Assembly: GCF_964194025.1 (NCBI RefSeq)
Contig: NC_134470.1
Span: 6,448,001-6,512,000 of the forward strand
Reading direction: 5' to 3'
DNA length: 64,000 nucleotides
From: Convolutriloba macropyga
Taxonomy: Eukaryota
Of this stretch, positions 39,101 through 49,700 are shown piece after piece. The position numbers and the translations under genes were made by a program. Under the pieces are notes generated by a model that saw only the letters and a list, made by a program, of their open reading frames with translations, had not been told where the DNA came from and did not search any database. Positions within the stretch are counted from its first letter, which is position 1. Every line of letters starts with the position of its first letter.

Positions 39101-42100
39101 AAGAACACATAATCGATTTTTCTCTGCAATGTTTTCGAGAATTTGCAGCAACAACTGCATGGATTTTGCCAACGACTTGCAGCCGTTAACAATAGTCGAG
39201 AGCCCATCATATTTCTTTTATGTTGTTTTTCAAATTTTACACCAAAAAAACCTTTAAGTCCGACATACCTAATTATTTTTATTAATTGCAGTGCCCTAAA
39301 TTTTTAAAGGTAACTCAAGTTACGGTCCCAGACCAAAAATACATGAGATTAGACCTTAGTGCTTTTGAGCTTGTTTGAGAGCTCGAACTGCGTACAATGA
39401 AAACCTCTGATCCAAAAACAATAAAAAATCACGGGTCTTCTTGAACATGCATCCTGATCTAAAACACCATCCTGGTAAAACTCTGGTATTCATTTACACT
39501 AATACAATACTATACAAAAGCCTCTAGTGTAAAGCTAGCAAATGAAATTTAATTCTGTTGGAATTTTTCTTCCCGAAATGAGACGTCTCTGTGACTCCAT
39601 TCATTTTGAATCATTATGAGGTATCCAGCATCAAAAAACATTAATTTTCATTAGTATGTCCAGGTGACCTCCAGACCTTTGCCCAGACCTCCCTGACTTA
39701 TGTACCGACTATTTTTAGTTTCTTGTTCAGACGCCCCAGACTCATGATCAGACTTCCCAGACTTCTGACCAAAATCTGGACCTCATAGATCTGTGTTCAG
39801 ACTCGTGATCAGACTTCCCAGACTTTATTTGTGATAACTGGCAGACCTATGGTCAGATGTTCTAGACTGATGTCCAGACAGTTTCCTGACTCATTTTCAG
39901 ACTTCTCATACTTATTCGCAGGTAAGTTGAAGAGCTATCGACAGAACTCCCAGACTGATGTCCAAACAACTTCCAGACTCATGATCAAGGCTCGCAGACC
40001 TATGTCCGGACCTCCCAGACTTATTATCAGATAATTTACAGACAACAAAAACTCTTCCAGACCAGTTAAAAAAAGGTCAGTGTTTACTCCCCACCCCCAG
40101 ACAACCTGTTGTCTGGACATAAATCTAGGACCTGGATTCGGGGAAAGCTCCGATGTCTTGAACGTACTCGAAGAACGAAGTAAATGCGGAGCTCTGTGAA
40201 ATCTGCATTTTGTAGGTGAATTCCTGGGTTCCGTGAAGTACCAGGCTATCCTCGCGTTCGACACCAAACGAGGAATGGACTCTACCCTCCGCATCATAGT
40301 AGCAGAAAGCAGTGGCTTCCCACAGACCAGATCTACTGATCCTAATTCCACTCCCATTAATCAATCCTCCCGACTCGCCACCACTCTCTTGAGTGATCAC
40401 TTGATAGTAGACTGCGCTGTGTTTGAAGCCTGGATCTGAAAAAAATGAAAAACGTCCGTATAAAAGGAACTCATTTTCACTTGAAAAGTGAATGTTTGAT
40501 ATTTAGAAACGAAGACAGGAAACGTACCTGAAATATGGCGAGAATTCAGCTTTGATTGCTCCAAAAACAGTATAACTAATTGCTGTAATCAGAAGAAATT
40601 TATCTTGTATTTAGAAGGAAAATTAAGATCTAAATTTGCCAAGCAATCATTATCTCTGCCCAGGATGAAGTCCGCGACCCGAGACAGGTATTGGCCAGAC
40701 CGACCATACCCAAAACAGGCATTGGCCAGACCGACAATACCCAAAGATAGGTATTGGCAAGACCGAGCAGACTTTGGCCACCATTGGCCAGACTGAACAG
40801 ACTTTGGACACCATTGGCCAGACTGACCAGACATTGGACACCATTGGCCAGACTGACCAGACATTGTCCAGACCATTGGGCAGACCGAACAGACCTTAGG
40901 CCAGACCGTTGTCCAGACCATCGGCCAGACCGTTGTCCAGACCAATAGCCAGACCGAACAGACCCTAGGCCAGACCATTGTCCAGACCGTAGGCCAGACC
41001 ATCCGCCAGACCGTTGTCAAGATTAATGGCCAGACCGAACAGACCTTAGGCCAGACCATTGTCCAGACCATAGGCCAGACCATCCGCCAGACCGTTTTCC
41101 ATACCATTGGCCAGACACATTTAAACGTGTATAAGCATCCAATAAAATTTATAATTTATTCGTTTCATTTTTAAGAATGACAAGTGAATATGAGATTTTA
41201 AAAAATAAATTATTGAAAAAAACCCGTCGATTTAAGGACAAATGCAAACTTCAAAAGAAGGTTAATGAAGCATTCTAATCATCTAGAAGTAGATGTCGTT
41301 TACCATTTATGGGCTGCTATTTTGAAAACCAGTCAATACAGCGCGCATTTATACAATTTGGCTCTTATTTGGCTGGACCTCTAGGCCTTGAAATTAGGCA
41401 TTGGACAGACCGAACAGACTGAAATATGGGTATTGGCCAGACCGAACAGACAGAAATATGGGTATTGGCCAGACCAAACAGACCGAAATATGGGTATTGA
41501 CCAGACCGAACAGACTGAAATATGGGTATTGGCCAGACCGAACAGACCGAAATATGGGTATTCGCCAGACCGAACTACTAAAATTGCCATTGGCCAGACG
41601 GAAGGCGCGACCCAAATTTTTCCAGACCATTGTGGACGGTCGCAGCGGACCCCCTGTCTGCGACCCAAGTCGGTCTGGCCAACACCTGTCTTGGGTCGCG
41701 GACTTCATCCTGGGTGTTGCCTATTTTTTGCTTTTTTCAATCGTCTTATATGCTTTGTTAAGCTCTGACAACATTGAGTTGTGATTTCGAATGATATCTA
41801 GCCAAGCTGTCGAGCATCGTGGGGATACATATTTTTTAAGTTCATCAATTTCTTGCTTGTATCTCCTGATACGGTTCAAACAGTAAACAATTATTTTTTA
41901 GTCTAGGTGTTTTCTGATACACTTTATTAATCAGAAACGAACTGGAACCAGTACAGTTTAAACAGCACGAAAAGTCGGGAACTTTTCCAGCAGTAATTTT
42001 GATTTTCTCTTTCGTGTTCACCATCTCAAGAAATGGCACAAAAGATTTTCGGCTTCCGTAATTTCATAGGAGACTAATTATGAGAGAATTTCTCAGACAA

Positions 42101-45100
42101 AAACATACTCATAATTGCCAACAAGGGCTTCGTTTTTTGTTTTGTTTTGCGGTCTTCCAAAAAGCAATGCAACTTGATTATGGAAAAACCAACAAAAAAC
42201 ACGGTTTGATTACTCCTAATTTAAGTCTCTGTACTCTAAAACATAGCCGGCAGATTGCCGGAAAATAGCCGCGATAGACGCTTGGGGCCTTCCATGAATT
42301 GAAACAATTATCGAAGAGATTAGATAGACAGATCGACCACCAGTCCTTTAATAGACCACTAGACTTTTTGGCGTAGCTTCGGACTGTCATTTTTATGAGA
42401 CACATAAGCACTATAAGGAGCAAGTCCTAATAGGGCTTTTCAAAATTAGGATATTTTGATGTTCGTGCCCCCTCAGCTTAGTGGGCGCATATTATTTGCA
42501 CCTCTCAGATGCACGAGCAAAATTTTTACATAATGACTTACTATGTCACGCGCGGGGGGCAGGTGCTCTGTAACGCGCGCGGGGGGGGCATAACGCACTG
42601 GGGTGGACAAACGGAGAAGATCCCAAAATTAATATTCGAAATAAAAAAACTCAAGACTCTATTAATCAAGAATTAGGGCATATATGTTTGGCACTACTTA
42701 GATGCACATTATTGACCTTTAATAAATAATAGTTCATAAAATTTAAAGTTCCATGAGTGAGTTCAGAAGTCGTTTTTTGAGTGAGGTAAGTCATTGAAAA
42801 AGTCAACTCCAAGAAGTCAGGGTAAGACGAAACAAAAATCTGTAAGACGAAGTAAAAAACATAGCAGGACAAGTCCTGACGTACAATTCAAAGAATTTTC
42901 ATTGACTAAACAAAAAACTAGACCTAGAACGGACTATGAGTGAATTGTGCAAACCATTTCTGAAAAAATCAGATAAAAAAAACAAAAAAAAAAACAGAAA
43001 ATTAATGTCAAAATGCCACTAGGGAGAACAAAAAACCACTAGCGAGAAATGTCAATCTGCTTCTCACAAAAAACTAGGCCAATAATGAACAATAAATGGA
43101 TTGGGAAAACCATTTGGAAAAAAATCCGATCAAAAAACTGAAAAAACAGTAAATATCAAAGTGAAATTGCCGCATGTGCACAAAAAACCACTAGCGTGAA
43201 AGCGAATTTTTGTTCAAACACCGAGTTCTCACTCTACTTTAAAATTAGAGCAAAAACATATCACGCCGCAAAACCACTCGCTTTTTCGCTCCATTTCCTG
43301 TTTCGGCTTGATCAAAATCATTACTCCAATTTGACTTCAAAAATCATGAAAATGTGTGAACAGATCTTGAAAAAAAGACAGCGCCCCAATACAATTCAAA
43401 TTCTTTGAAGTGTAAAAAATTAGGAGCGCTATAATAGCCGCCTGGAATTGAGGACGCGGCTATTCATAAAACAAATGCATATCTATGTCTCGACATGCAT
43501 CGGCTGGACCATATGCAGACGATTTAAAGATCTCCTAAATAAAAGAAACAATGGGAACAGTGTAAATTTTGAGTAGAGCAAAGATCTAAGGGGCATAACT
43601 TGAGTCCTAAAAAGTCGAGCTCAAAACTTTGGATCTTAAAGTTTGAAATAAAACCGTCCATTTCAAAGTTTTGGGTTGAGCCAAAATCCACTGTAATAAA
43701 TTTTGGGCCAATTCAAACTCAAGATGTTCCCCAAAATGAAACAAATACTTTTTTGTTTTTGGTCCCACCATGGCCTCATGGCCTTTTAAAGCCACATTTT
43801 GCTCGAGCATGGTCTTTTGATAAGTCCATGTCTAATATAAACCTGGGCTATATTCATATAACAAGCAACAGCTGTATTATATCGCAACTATATACCAGAC
43901 TCGAAATGTCTGACACGGATATCTGAACTTTTACTTCAATATATTATACATTTTTGTTTTGAAAGGTTTCTGTCAGATATAGTCCGCAATATAAAGTTGA
44001 AACAGTAGCAAATGTTTCAAAGGTCAAAATTAAAACTTAAAACATGCAGATATCCGCATATTGCTCTTCCTTTATAGCGTCTCATAAAGTATAACTATAG
44101 TCTGTACCATAAAGTTGAAATAAGCGAACGTTCGAAAACGCAAAAAACATTAATTGAGAATCAAATTGATCATTTGGATGTCAACGTTTTTTCCATTAAG
44201 CTTCTATTCATCAATTTTTCTACATGTTTTAAATTTGAACTTTGACCTTTGAACTCGAGCCTGTGGCTTTTGAAACGTTCGCTTATTTCAACTTTATGGG
44301 ACACGCTATATAAGTACATTTCAAAAACACTATCCGCAATGGTCATTTACATGCTCAATTGCTCGTTTTTAGATTGTTGATTATTTTGATTTTAAGGGAC
44401 AGACTATGCATGCCTATAGTTTTTCGAGCGTTCGCATTCGTTTCAACTTAATGAAACTCGCTATATATTAAGATCCATAAATTTGCAACGCAATCGAATG
44501 TTTGAAAAGCTCGGGGCATGCAAATGGACAGTGTTTTGCTAGATAAATTTGAATTTTGCTAGAGTTCGAAATTTTAGTTTTTGGCCCCTGAAACTTTCAA
44601 TATCGTTGCAACTTTATGGACTGACTATACAGAGACAACTAGTTAGTGATGAGCAGCAACTCACTTATTTCATCTGCCCTCGGGTTGTGACTTGAGTCTC
44701 CCAAGTTGTAAACCTTCTGTTGAGTGCCACATTGGGTGTCATTTGAGATGCCCTGAGTGAAATCCCAGGCAGAGTTGCGTACGTAGAAGTAGTCCAGGTG
44801 TGCTGTCAACTCACACCCCTCTGCTTTCGATGATCGCAACAAAGTTGGAAAATCTGTCATAAACAATAATGATTCCCGCTGTTTTCCGTTATTGACCCCC
44901 TATCCCAGTACGCTATGTAAACCCCTTGTTATGACGCAAGTGTCATTATATACTCGGAGCTCAGTGTTAAAGCCAAAAATCATGAAAAACAGTAAATTCA
45001 TGGAATAAAAATCTTATTAGCAATTGCAACCATTCGTTTGCCAGTTCATAGCTTTCAGTTGACAGGACTATAATTCTTTTGAAAGTATTTCTGAAGTTCT

Positions 45101-45377
45101 GACAAGATCTGACAAGATAACCATTTCAAAACGACTTTGGTTACTATAGTAACTGATCTGGAAAAATTTCTCACCAATGGTGGCGTAGAATGGTGCGATT
45201 GAGTATACCCCTGGCTCAGCTGTCTGGTTATCAGAAATTTTGATTTCGAATCCACATATGAAGTAGTCTAGACTTGCGCTATTAGACTTTTCGAATGTCC
45301 GAGATCCTACTGTACTGCAGTTTCCAGCTGTGCTAGTTGGTCCCATACAATCTCCGATGCTAGCGTTGTTGATGTCT
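17981..45377 (-). CDS. ZP-domain single-pass membrane protein, paralog B (uromodulin/DMBT1/CUZD1-like type II ZP module); 5' end missing
   Basis: Exons 45377-45175, 44853-44665, 40435-40168, 36844-36686, 34088-33916, 22246-22118 and 18156-17981 all have GT-AG ends and matching phases, giving 431 aa with no stop. Motifs: CGT and FCYY (ZP-N); VYVKV, DCWAT, KCP, FQFKAFGW, VYIHCKVLAC...C..NC (ZP-C); furin site RQKR; EHP VSSSPIVV; TM LAASLASLFILVAFAALLAAIGLFVV; tail KQRK...YLRL...HAD*. Confidence 0.92.
18479..21087 (-). mobile_element. Helentron-associated non-autonomous element (HINE-like), copy 2, in the last intron of ZP paralog B
   Basis: aacaag terminus, hairpin atgtgc-gttt-gcacat (18496-18511), subTIR gttccgacccc (18515-18525) / ggggtcggaac (21075-21085). 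Diverged but colinear with 11350-13809. Confidence 0.7.
22118..22246 (-). CDS. ZP paralog B exon (last Cys, furin site, EHP)
   Basis: ttttgcag|at ... a|gttagt; NCSKRQKRDLGSLASGDGVDSKVKTGLVSSSPIVVVRRDITEQ. Confidence 0.9.
23750..24242 (+). repeat. Bel/Pao 5' LTR (493 bp; lacks ~0.7 kb present in the 3' LTR)
   Basis: tgtggcggctgagc...gccgttaca; about 95% identical by eye to the two ends of the 3' LTR. Confidence 0.93.
24243..24261 (+). promoter_or_regulatory. Primer-binding site of the Bel/Pao element
   Basis: tttggtccgccgacccgga directly after the LTR CA end; resembles the tRNA-Tyr-type PBS (TGGTCCTTCGAGCCGGA) common in Bel/Pao. Confidence 0.7.
30144..31327 (+). repeat. Bel/Pao 3' LTR (1184 bp)
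   Basis: Same termini as the 5' LTR, followed by the TSD CTCAA. Confidence 0.93.
31740..31970 (-). mobile_element. Terminal fragment of the HINE-like family
   Basis: gataccactc...ctctatgatgaatatat...ggcaaaactgagtgaacaaaaaacagttgaatat..gttcctc matches ~13700-13785 and ~20980-21065. Confidence 0.55.
32382..33314 (-). mobile_element. Internally deleted Tc1/mariner (DD34E-type) DNA transposon
   Basis: Perfect 27-bp TIRs cactatggtaccaaaaagctacgtaca; TA at 32380-32381 and 33315-33316. Transposase C-terminus in ORF 32476-32904 (MFWGAI, FQQDNAPMH, WPAYSPDLNPIKNLW) has 34 residues between D and the position of the catalytic E, which is K here. Only 933 bp long. Confidence 0.95.
33916..34088 (-). CDS. 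ZP paralog B exon (ZP-C core)
   Basis: tttttcaag|g ... a|gttagt; CPSDDSFERLTGSELDEEFFQFKAFGWYISGTVTLNTVYIHCKVLACPPQETSACDI. Confidence 0.92.
34127..34934. mobile_element. Non-autonomous CCC...GGG element with 2-bp TSD (CACTA/EnSpm-like), GGTCGAG-motif family
   Basis: TIR cccaggtttagacctcgactt / aagtcgaggtctgaacctggg, CA on both flanks; repeated (g)gtcgag motifs at 34720-34900. Confidence 0.7.
35760..36440. repeat. Clustered CAAGTCTTG / CAAGACTTG repeats, probably subterminal arrays of a non-autonomous transposon
   Basis: Motif arrays at ~35765-35905 and ~36318-36440; termini not resolved. Confidence 0.5.
36686..36844 (-). CDS. ZP paralog B exon (ZP-C start, CWAT motif)
   Basis: tttcag|c ... 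aa|gtgag; PSAATALLNDEVYVKVSFESEVNHDYTLITTDCWATQTEDYTSNTRYVLSAN. Confidence 0.9.
37783..38389. mobile_element. Non-autonomous CCC...GGG element with 2-bp TSD, GCGGTGAA-motif family
   Basis: TIR cccgggtcga / tcgacccggg, AT on both flanks; many (aat)gcggtgaa / ttcaccgc repeats. Related fragment at ~11062-11170. Confidence 0.8.
39660..40110. repeat. Degenerate CCAGACT-motif repeat array (probable transposon subterminal region)
   Basis: Repeated ccagact / cagac motifs at short spacing; termini not resolved. Confidence 0.5.
40168..40435 (-). CDS. ZP paralog B exon (end of ZP-N, linker, IHP)
   Basis: ttttttttcag|at ... ga|gtacgt; NPGFKHSAVYYQVITQ...WEATAFCYYDAEG...HGTQEFTYKMQISQSSAFTSFF. An alternative same-phase donor lies at ~40131. 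Confidence 0.85.
40659..41714. mobile_element. Non-autonomous CCC...GGG element with 2-bp TSD, GGCCAGACC-motif family
   Basis: ~45-bp TIR cccaggatgaagtccgcgacccgagacagg... / ...cctgtcttgggtcgcggacttcatcctggg, TG on both flanks; internal tandem ggccagaccgaacagac arrays. Confidence 0.85.
43978..44629. mobile_element. Nested MITEs of one TATAG...ATAAAGTTG family (inner copy 44096-44310)
   Basis: Inner IR tatagtctgtaccataaagttgaaataagcgaacgtt matches its inverse at 34/37; outer termini tatagtc...ataaagttg / caactttatggactgactata. Confidence 0.6.
44665..44853 (-). CDS. ZP paralog B exon (ZP-N, CGT motif)
   Basis: gacag|at ... a|gtgagt; DFPTLLRSSKAEGCELTAHLDYFYVRNSAWDFTQGISNDTQCGTQQKVYNLGDSSHNPRADEI. 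Confidence 0.85.
45175..45377 (-). CDS. ZP paralog B, first visible exon
   Basis: ctttttag|a ... g|gtgag; DINNASIGDCMGPTSTAGNCSTVG...DYFICGFEIKIS...PFYATI. It starts in phase 2, so further 5' exons must exist. Confidence 0.8.
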
Positions 45378-45527
45378 CTAAAAAGATTTAAATTTCAACG
45401 TATCTCAACTAAAATAAGGTACGTCTTTGAGGAATGGGAACAATGGAGCAAATTTTTTGGTTTCCAAGTGCAAACAAACTGATGTGTCTATTTTCAATCA
45501 CAATAGTTTGCATAGAGCCTAATAAGT

Positions 45528-45727
45528 NNNNNNNNNNNNNNNNNNNNNNNNNNNNNNNNNNNNNNNNNNNNNNNNNNNNNNNNNNNNNNNNNNNNNNNNN
45601 NNNNNNNNNNNNNNNNNNNNNNNNNNNNNNNNNNNNNNNNNNNNNNNNNNNNNNNNNNNNNNNNNNNNNNNNNNNNNNNNNNNNNNNNNNNNNNNNNNNN
45701 NNNNNNNNNNNNNNNNNNNNNNNNNNN
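45528..45727. other. Assembly gap (exactly 200 N, probably a placeholder)
   Basis: Read directly. Confidence 0.99.
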
Positions 45728-46719
45728 CTAGTACTGAGCGTTACACGGAGTTTTCGAAAATCAATCCAGATAGCGCGATAGCGCGATCAACTCCGAAGCA
45801 AAAAGAAATCTAAGGTACCTGGTTTTAAAAAGTTTGCTTCTAGTTTCTAACACATTGAAGAAAAAAAATTAATAAATGAAGAAATTTCAATTGGATATTT
45901 CTGATGTCGACTTCATTCTGAGTTATAACGAGTTGAATTTTTAGTTCTTGCGTCCGATTATCTGACAACTTAACATCCCTCGAAAACAATTACTCAATTG
46001 TTCCCATTAAGTTATTTAAAACGAATTTAAAATAGCTGAAATTTACAATAATTATCCGGCTGATCCGTAGAAAAATATATACAAGGCAGATTATTGATTT
46101 ACATTTATCAAATCAATAATTACATCGATTTCAAATATTTATGAAATGATTGGTTTGCACAAAAAACATAAACGCAGGTTTTTAATTCAGAATTTCGAAT
46201 GGTTGTTGAAAACGTTGCAATAAATAATACTTTTCCTTTTGAAAAATTATTATTTTTCCGCTTAACGTATTTTATAACATTGAAAATAGAAGAATTGTGT
46301 ACAGCTTCTTGTTTTTATTTACTTGGCAGGAAGCCTAAAAGTTGAGGTTTCGTGTGTTTTCACATAAAAAATCAAATGAAATTTCATCGAAATCACATGA
46401 AAAATTGTGATGACCTACCCGAGATGTTCAAATAAATTTACATAAAAAATCATATAACTGCCAGATTTATTGTGTGTGTCACTTTTTTCCCCAAAAATGG
46501 TGTGTCGACACACGATTTTTCATGTGATCTCACACCATTGAGTTTAAGAGTGTATGCGACTTTATTATAGAGTATTCAAGAAGTTCTGGGGTCAAGGAGT
46601 CTCAAATTCGCAAATGTGATGGTATAAACTCTGAAGAATTCCTCATCTTATGTTTTAAATCCATTGAGTTGAATGAACTTGTAGACCCAAAATTTGAGTA
46701 AAGAGGTTCAAAAATACTA

Positions 46720-49700
46720 TTAGTCAGCATGGTTTGAGTCTAGACGTTGGTATGCTTGACCAGAAGAGATTTTCCTCTGCTTGACCACAAACAGTCCAAT
46801 GGCAGCCAAAAGAGCTGCAAATGCCACCAAAATGAATAAGGAAGCCAGGGAAGCAGCCAGGGGTGAGTACTGGCTATTAGGTCCAGCCAAAGCAGCTGAA
46901 ATATCAAAATTGGCCTAAGATTTGACGAGAACCCACCGTTTGTGTTCTGTTACTCGACAGAAAATTAGAGATGCTAATTGTTCTCACAACCAAAATGGAA
47001 CGAAATACCGACTTCGTATGCACTAAAAATAGAAGATAAATTTTAGTACAGAAAAATTCTCTTCACTCTCTTTTATTTTTCTTAAAATACCCTAACTTTA
47101 CCGCAATTTGATCTTAACAAAAGACTTAACTTCACCCTAACTTACCTAAAAAAAACATTAACATTTTACCTCTACATAATTTTCACCAATTTACTTTAAT
47201 TTCTGCCATTCTGTACTCTTGAATGTTTGGGTTAAGTACCCTAAACGTAAGGTACGTTAATAAAAATTTCGAAACACTGTTGCCTTAACGTTACTTTAAC
47301 TTTGCCATAACGTAACCCTCTGATGAATTTACCTTAATGCCATTAAGGTGAATTCACCCCAACTTCAATTAAAGCAAAATTTTTATGTTGCATCCCATTC
47401 ATTTTTTCATAAATCTTCTCAACAATCGCCTCCCCCATAGAGACCTAGAAGAGAATTTCCATCCCTTATCAGAGACCCACCATCTGCACAAAAGGCAACA
47501 TGTAGATACCTAGTATCATAATCAGCACCATATCTGACGACACGTCTTGGCTATCGATAAAAACTACGCTCTCAGGATGGTGAGAAATTTTCTTCCTTGA
47601 ATTGTAGTCAAGGATTACCTCCCCTTATACAACAGCGGGGGGGGGGGGGGCTTAACAGATCTATATGAACTATGTCTCATTATTTAAAAAAACAAATAAA
47701 ACCTTAAATAATTCAAACTTATCTTTTGCAAAAGTGGAGGCAGTCTTGGAAGCTTGATCTGCAAGTTCCCCAGTGTAGGTAAAGACTATTATGCCAGATT
47801 TTTTGGTATAGTTTGCCTATGACGAAAATTTGATTTTCATACAAATTTTATGTCATTATGTTATTGTCTTTTTTGTAAAAAAAAATAATCGGGAAAAAGA
47901 ATTATTCAAATGAAAACAAACTTGTTAGGTGAAAAAAATGTTTTCCATTCCGTGCGAGATAACTTCTGGAGCCTAGTTTGACGTTAATGAGAACCAACTT
48001 GGGGGGGGGGGGGTATGATTCAGAAAAGAAAATGTAAACAAAATAAAAAAGTCTCGTGTCGCAAGAGCCGATGAAAGTAATGTGTGTTACCCTGGTTGAG
48101 ATCCCAGGATGGAAGTATGTTCAGACCAAAGATGAACGCTAGAGGGGTGTCGTGCATTCAAAAAACTTAATCTGGAAGCATCCAAAAACGCAGGAAAGTC
48201 TGGACACGAACGCAAAAAAGTGTTGACATGAACACATGAAAGTGTGGACATGAACGCGCATATGTCTCGACATGAATTCACTATTTGTTTCAGCCTTGTC
48301 AAAAAAACTAATATCTATTAGATGAATTATAGCACTCTTATTCCAAAACACAAAAGTTTATAACATAGAAGCTAGAAAACACTAGCGTTCATATTAAATC
48401 GAGGTAAAAATTTAACCACCAAAAATTTATTAAACTTTGAAAGTTGACAGAATAAACTAAAGAAATTGACAGAAGGTTACTGTTTTCACCGCACTAAGTG
48501 CTAAAGAATGCGGGTACGCGCCCTTAAAAAATATAATTTTTTTAATAGTATTCATCGCAATTCATACATTTTTGTCAAGACAAAATATTGAATGGAGAAG
48601 GTTAATGTTTAACGAGCCCCAGACAGTTGATCACCTGAGTAATACCTTTCAGATTGTCGAAGTAGAGCAGATTATCTAACTTAATTTGACTAACTTTGCT
48701 CGGAAATGCCTCTTCGGACGACAACGATTGGAGATGAAGACACCATTCCAGTCCTCACTGTGATGCCCAGGCTGTCGCCAGTAGCCAGGTCACGCTTGTG
48801 ACGTTTGTTACAATCTGTGAAGTAAATTGAGCTGTTTTCATATATGATCTCAACTTTAACATCTATTTCATTCTAACAACTAGCGGCATGTTTACAACAC
48901 AAAAATTATCATTTAAAAATGAATTTAAAAAACCGAGCGTGTTAATGACGGTCGTAACTGCAATCATACCTGGGTCGATTATTTGGCTAACTATTGTGTT
49001 AACAGGAAATGAAAGATCCCAGCTATTTGTTTCGCAAACGTAATTTTATGCCGATTATTGATGATTAATTGTTTCACGTGTGTTTGGAATTTGAGTTGCG
49101 CCCCATTCCTTTCATCCCATCCCGGGTTGAGGTGCCATCCGGAAGTGACCTCTGATCATCCGGAGTCCAACACACACGTTGTGTTCCCAGACCATAGTTA
49201 CAGGGTCTGGGTTTTGGTTCCGGATGGGAGTGGTCTGATCATAGGTCACTTGCTGATGGGAATGGTATGATCAGAGGTCGCTTCCGGATGGGAATAGTCT
49301 GATCAGGGGTTACTTTCGGATGGGAATGGTATGATCAGAGGTCACTTCCGGATGGGAATGGTATGATCATAAGCCCCTTTCGAGCGCACAATAGTATGAT
49401 CAGAGGTCAGCTCGGTTTGCACATCATACACAATTCTTAGTAGTCATACTAGGTCATATATGATTCCTAGTATTCATACAAGGTCATATATGATTTGCAT
49501 GATTTCTTAGTAGTCATACAAGGATTATACATGATTTCCTAGAAATCATACAGGGATCATACAAAAAAAATCAAATCCTACAAACTGTACATCTTTCATT
49601 TTCTTTTGAAGTTGAAAAAATTTCCTGGAAATCATACAAGGTCATATATCACACATAAAACATTGATTGGTTTCTCAATTTTCCGTATAATGTAGTCAGA

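Noticed and set aside
40589-41784. Trp/Pro/Arg-rich repetitive ORFs on both strands
   Set aside because: They lie within the TIR-bounded element 40659-41714 and derive from its tandem motifs.
47324-47356. 33-bp near-perfect palindrome tgaatttaccttaatg-c-cattaaggtgaattca
   Set aside because: Sits in a degenerate (ttaac/ttacc)-rich tract; nothing supports a function.
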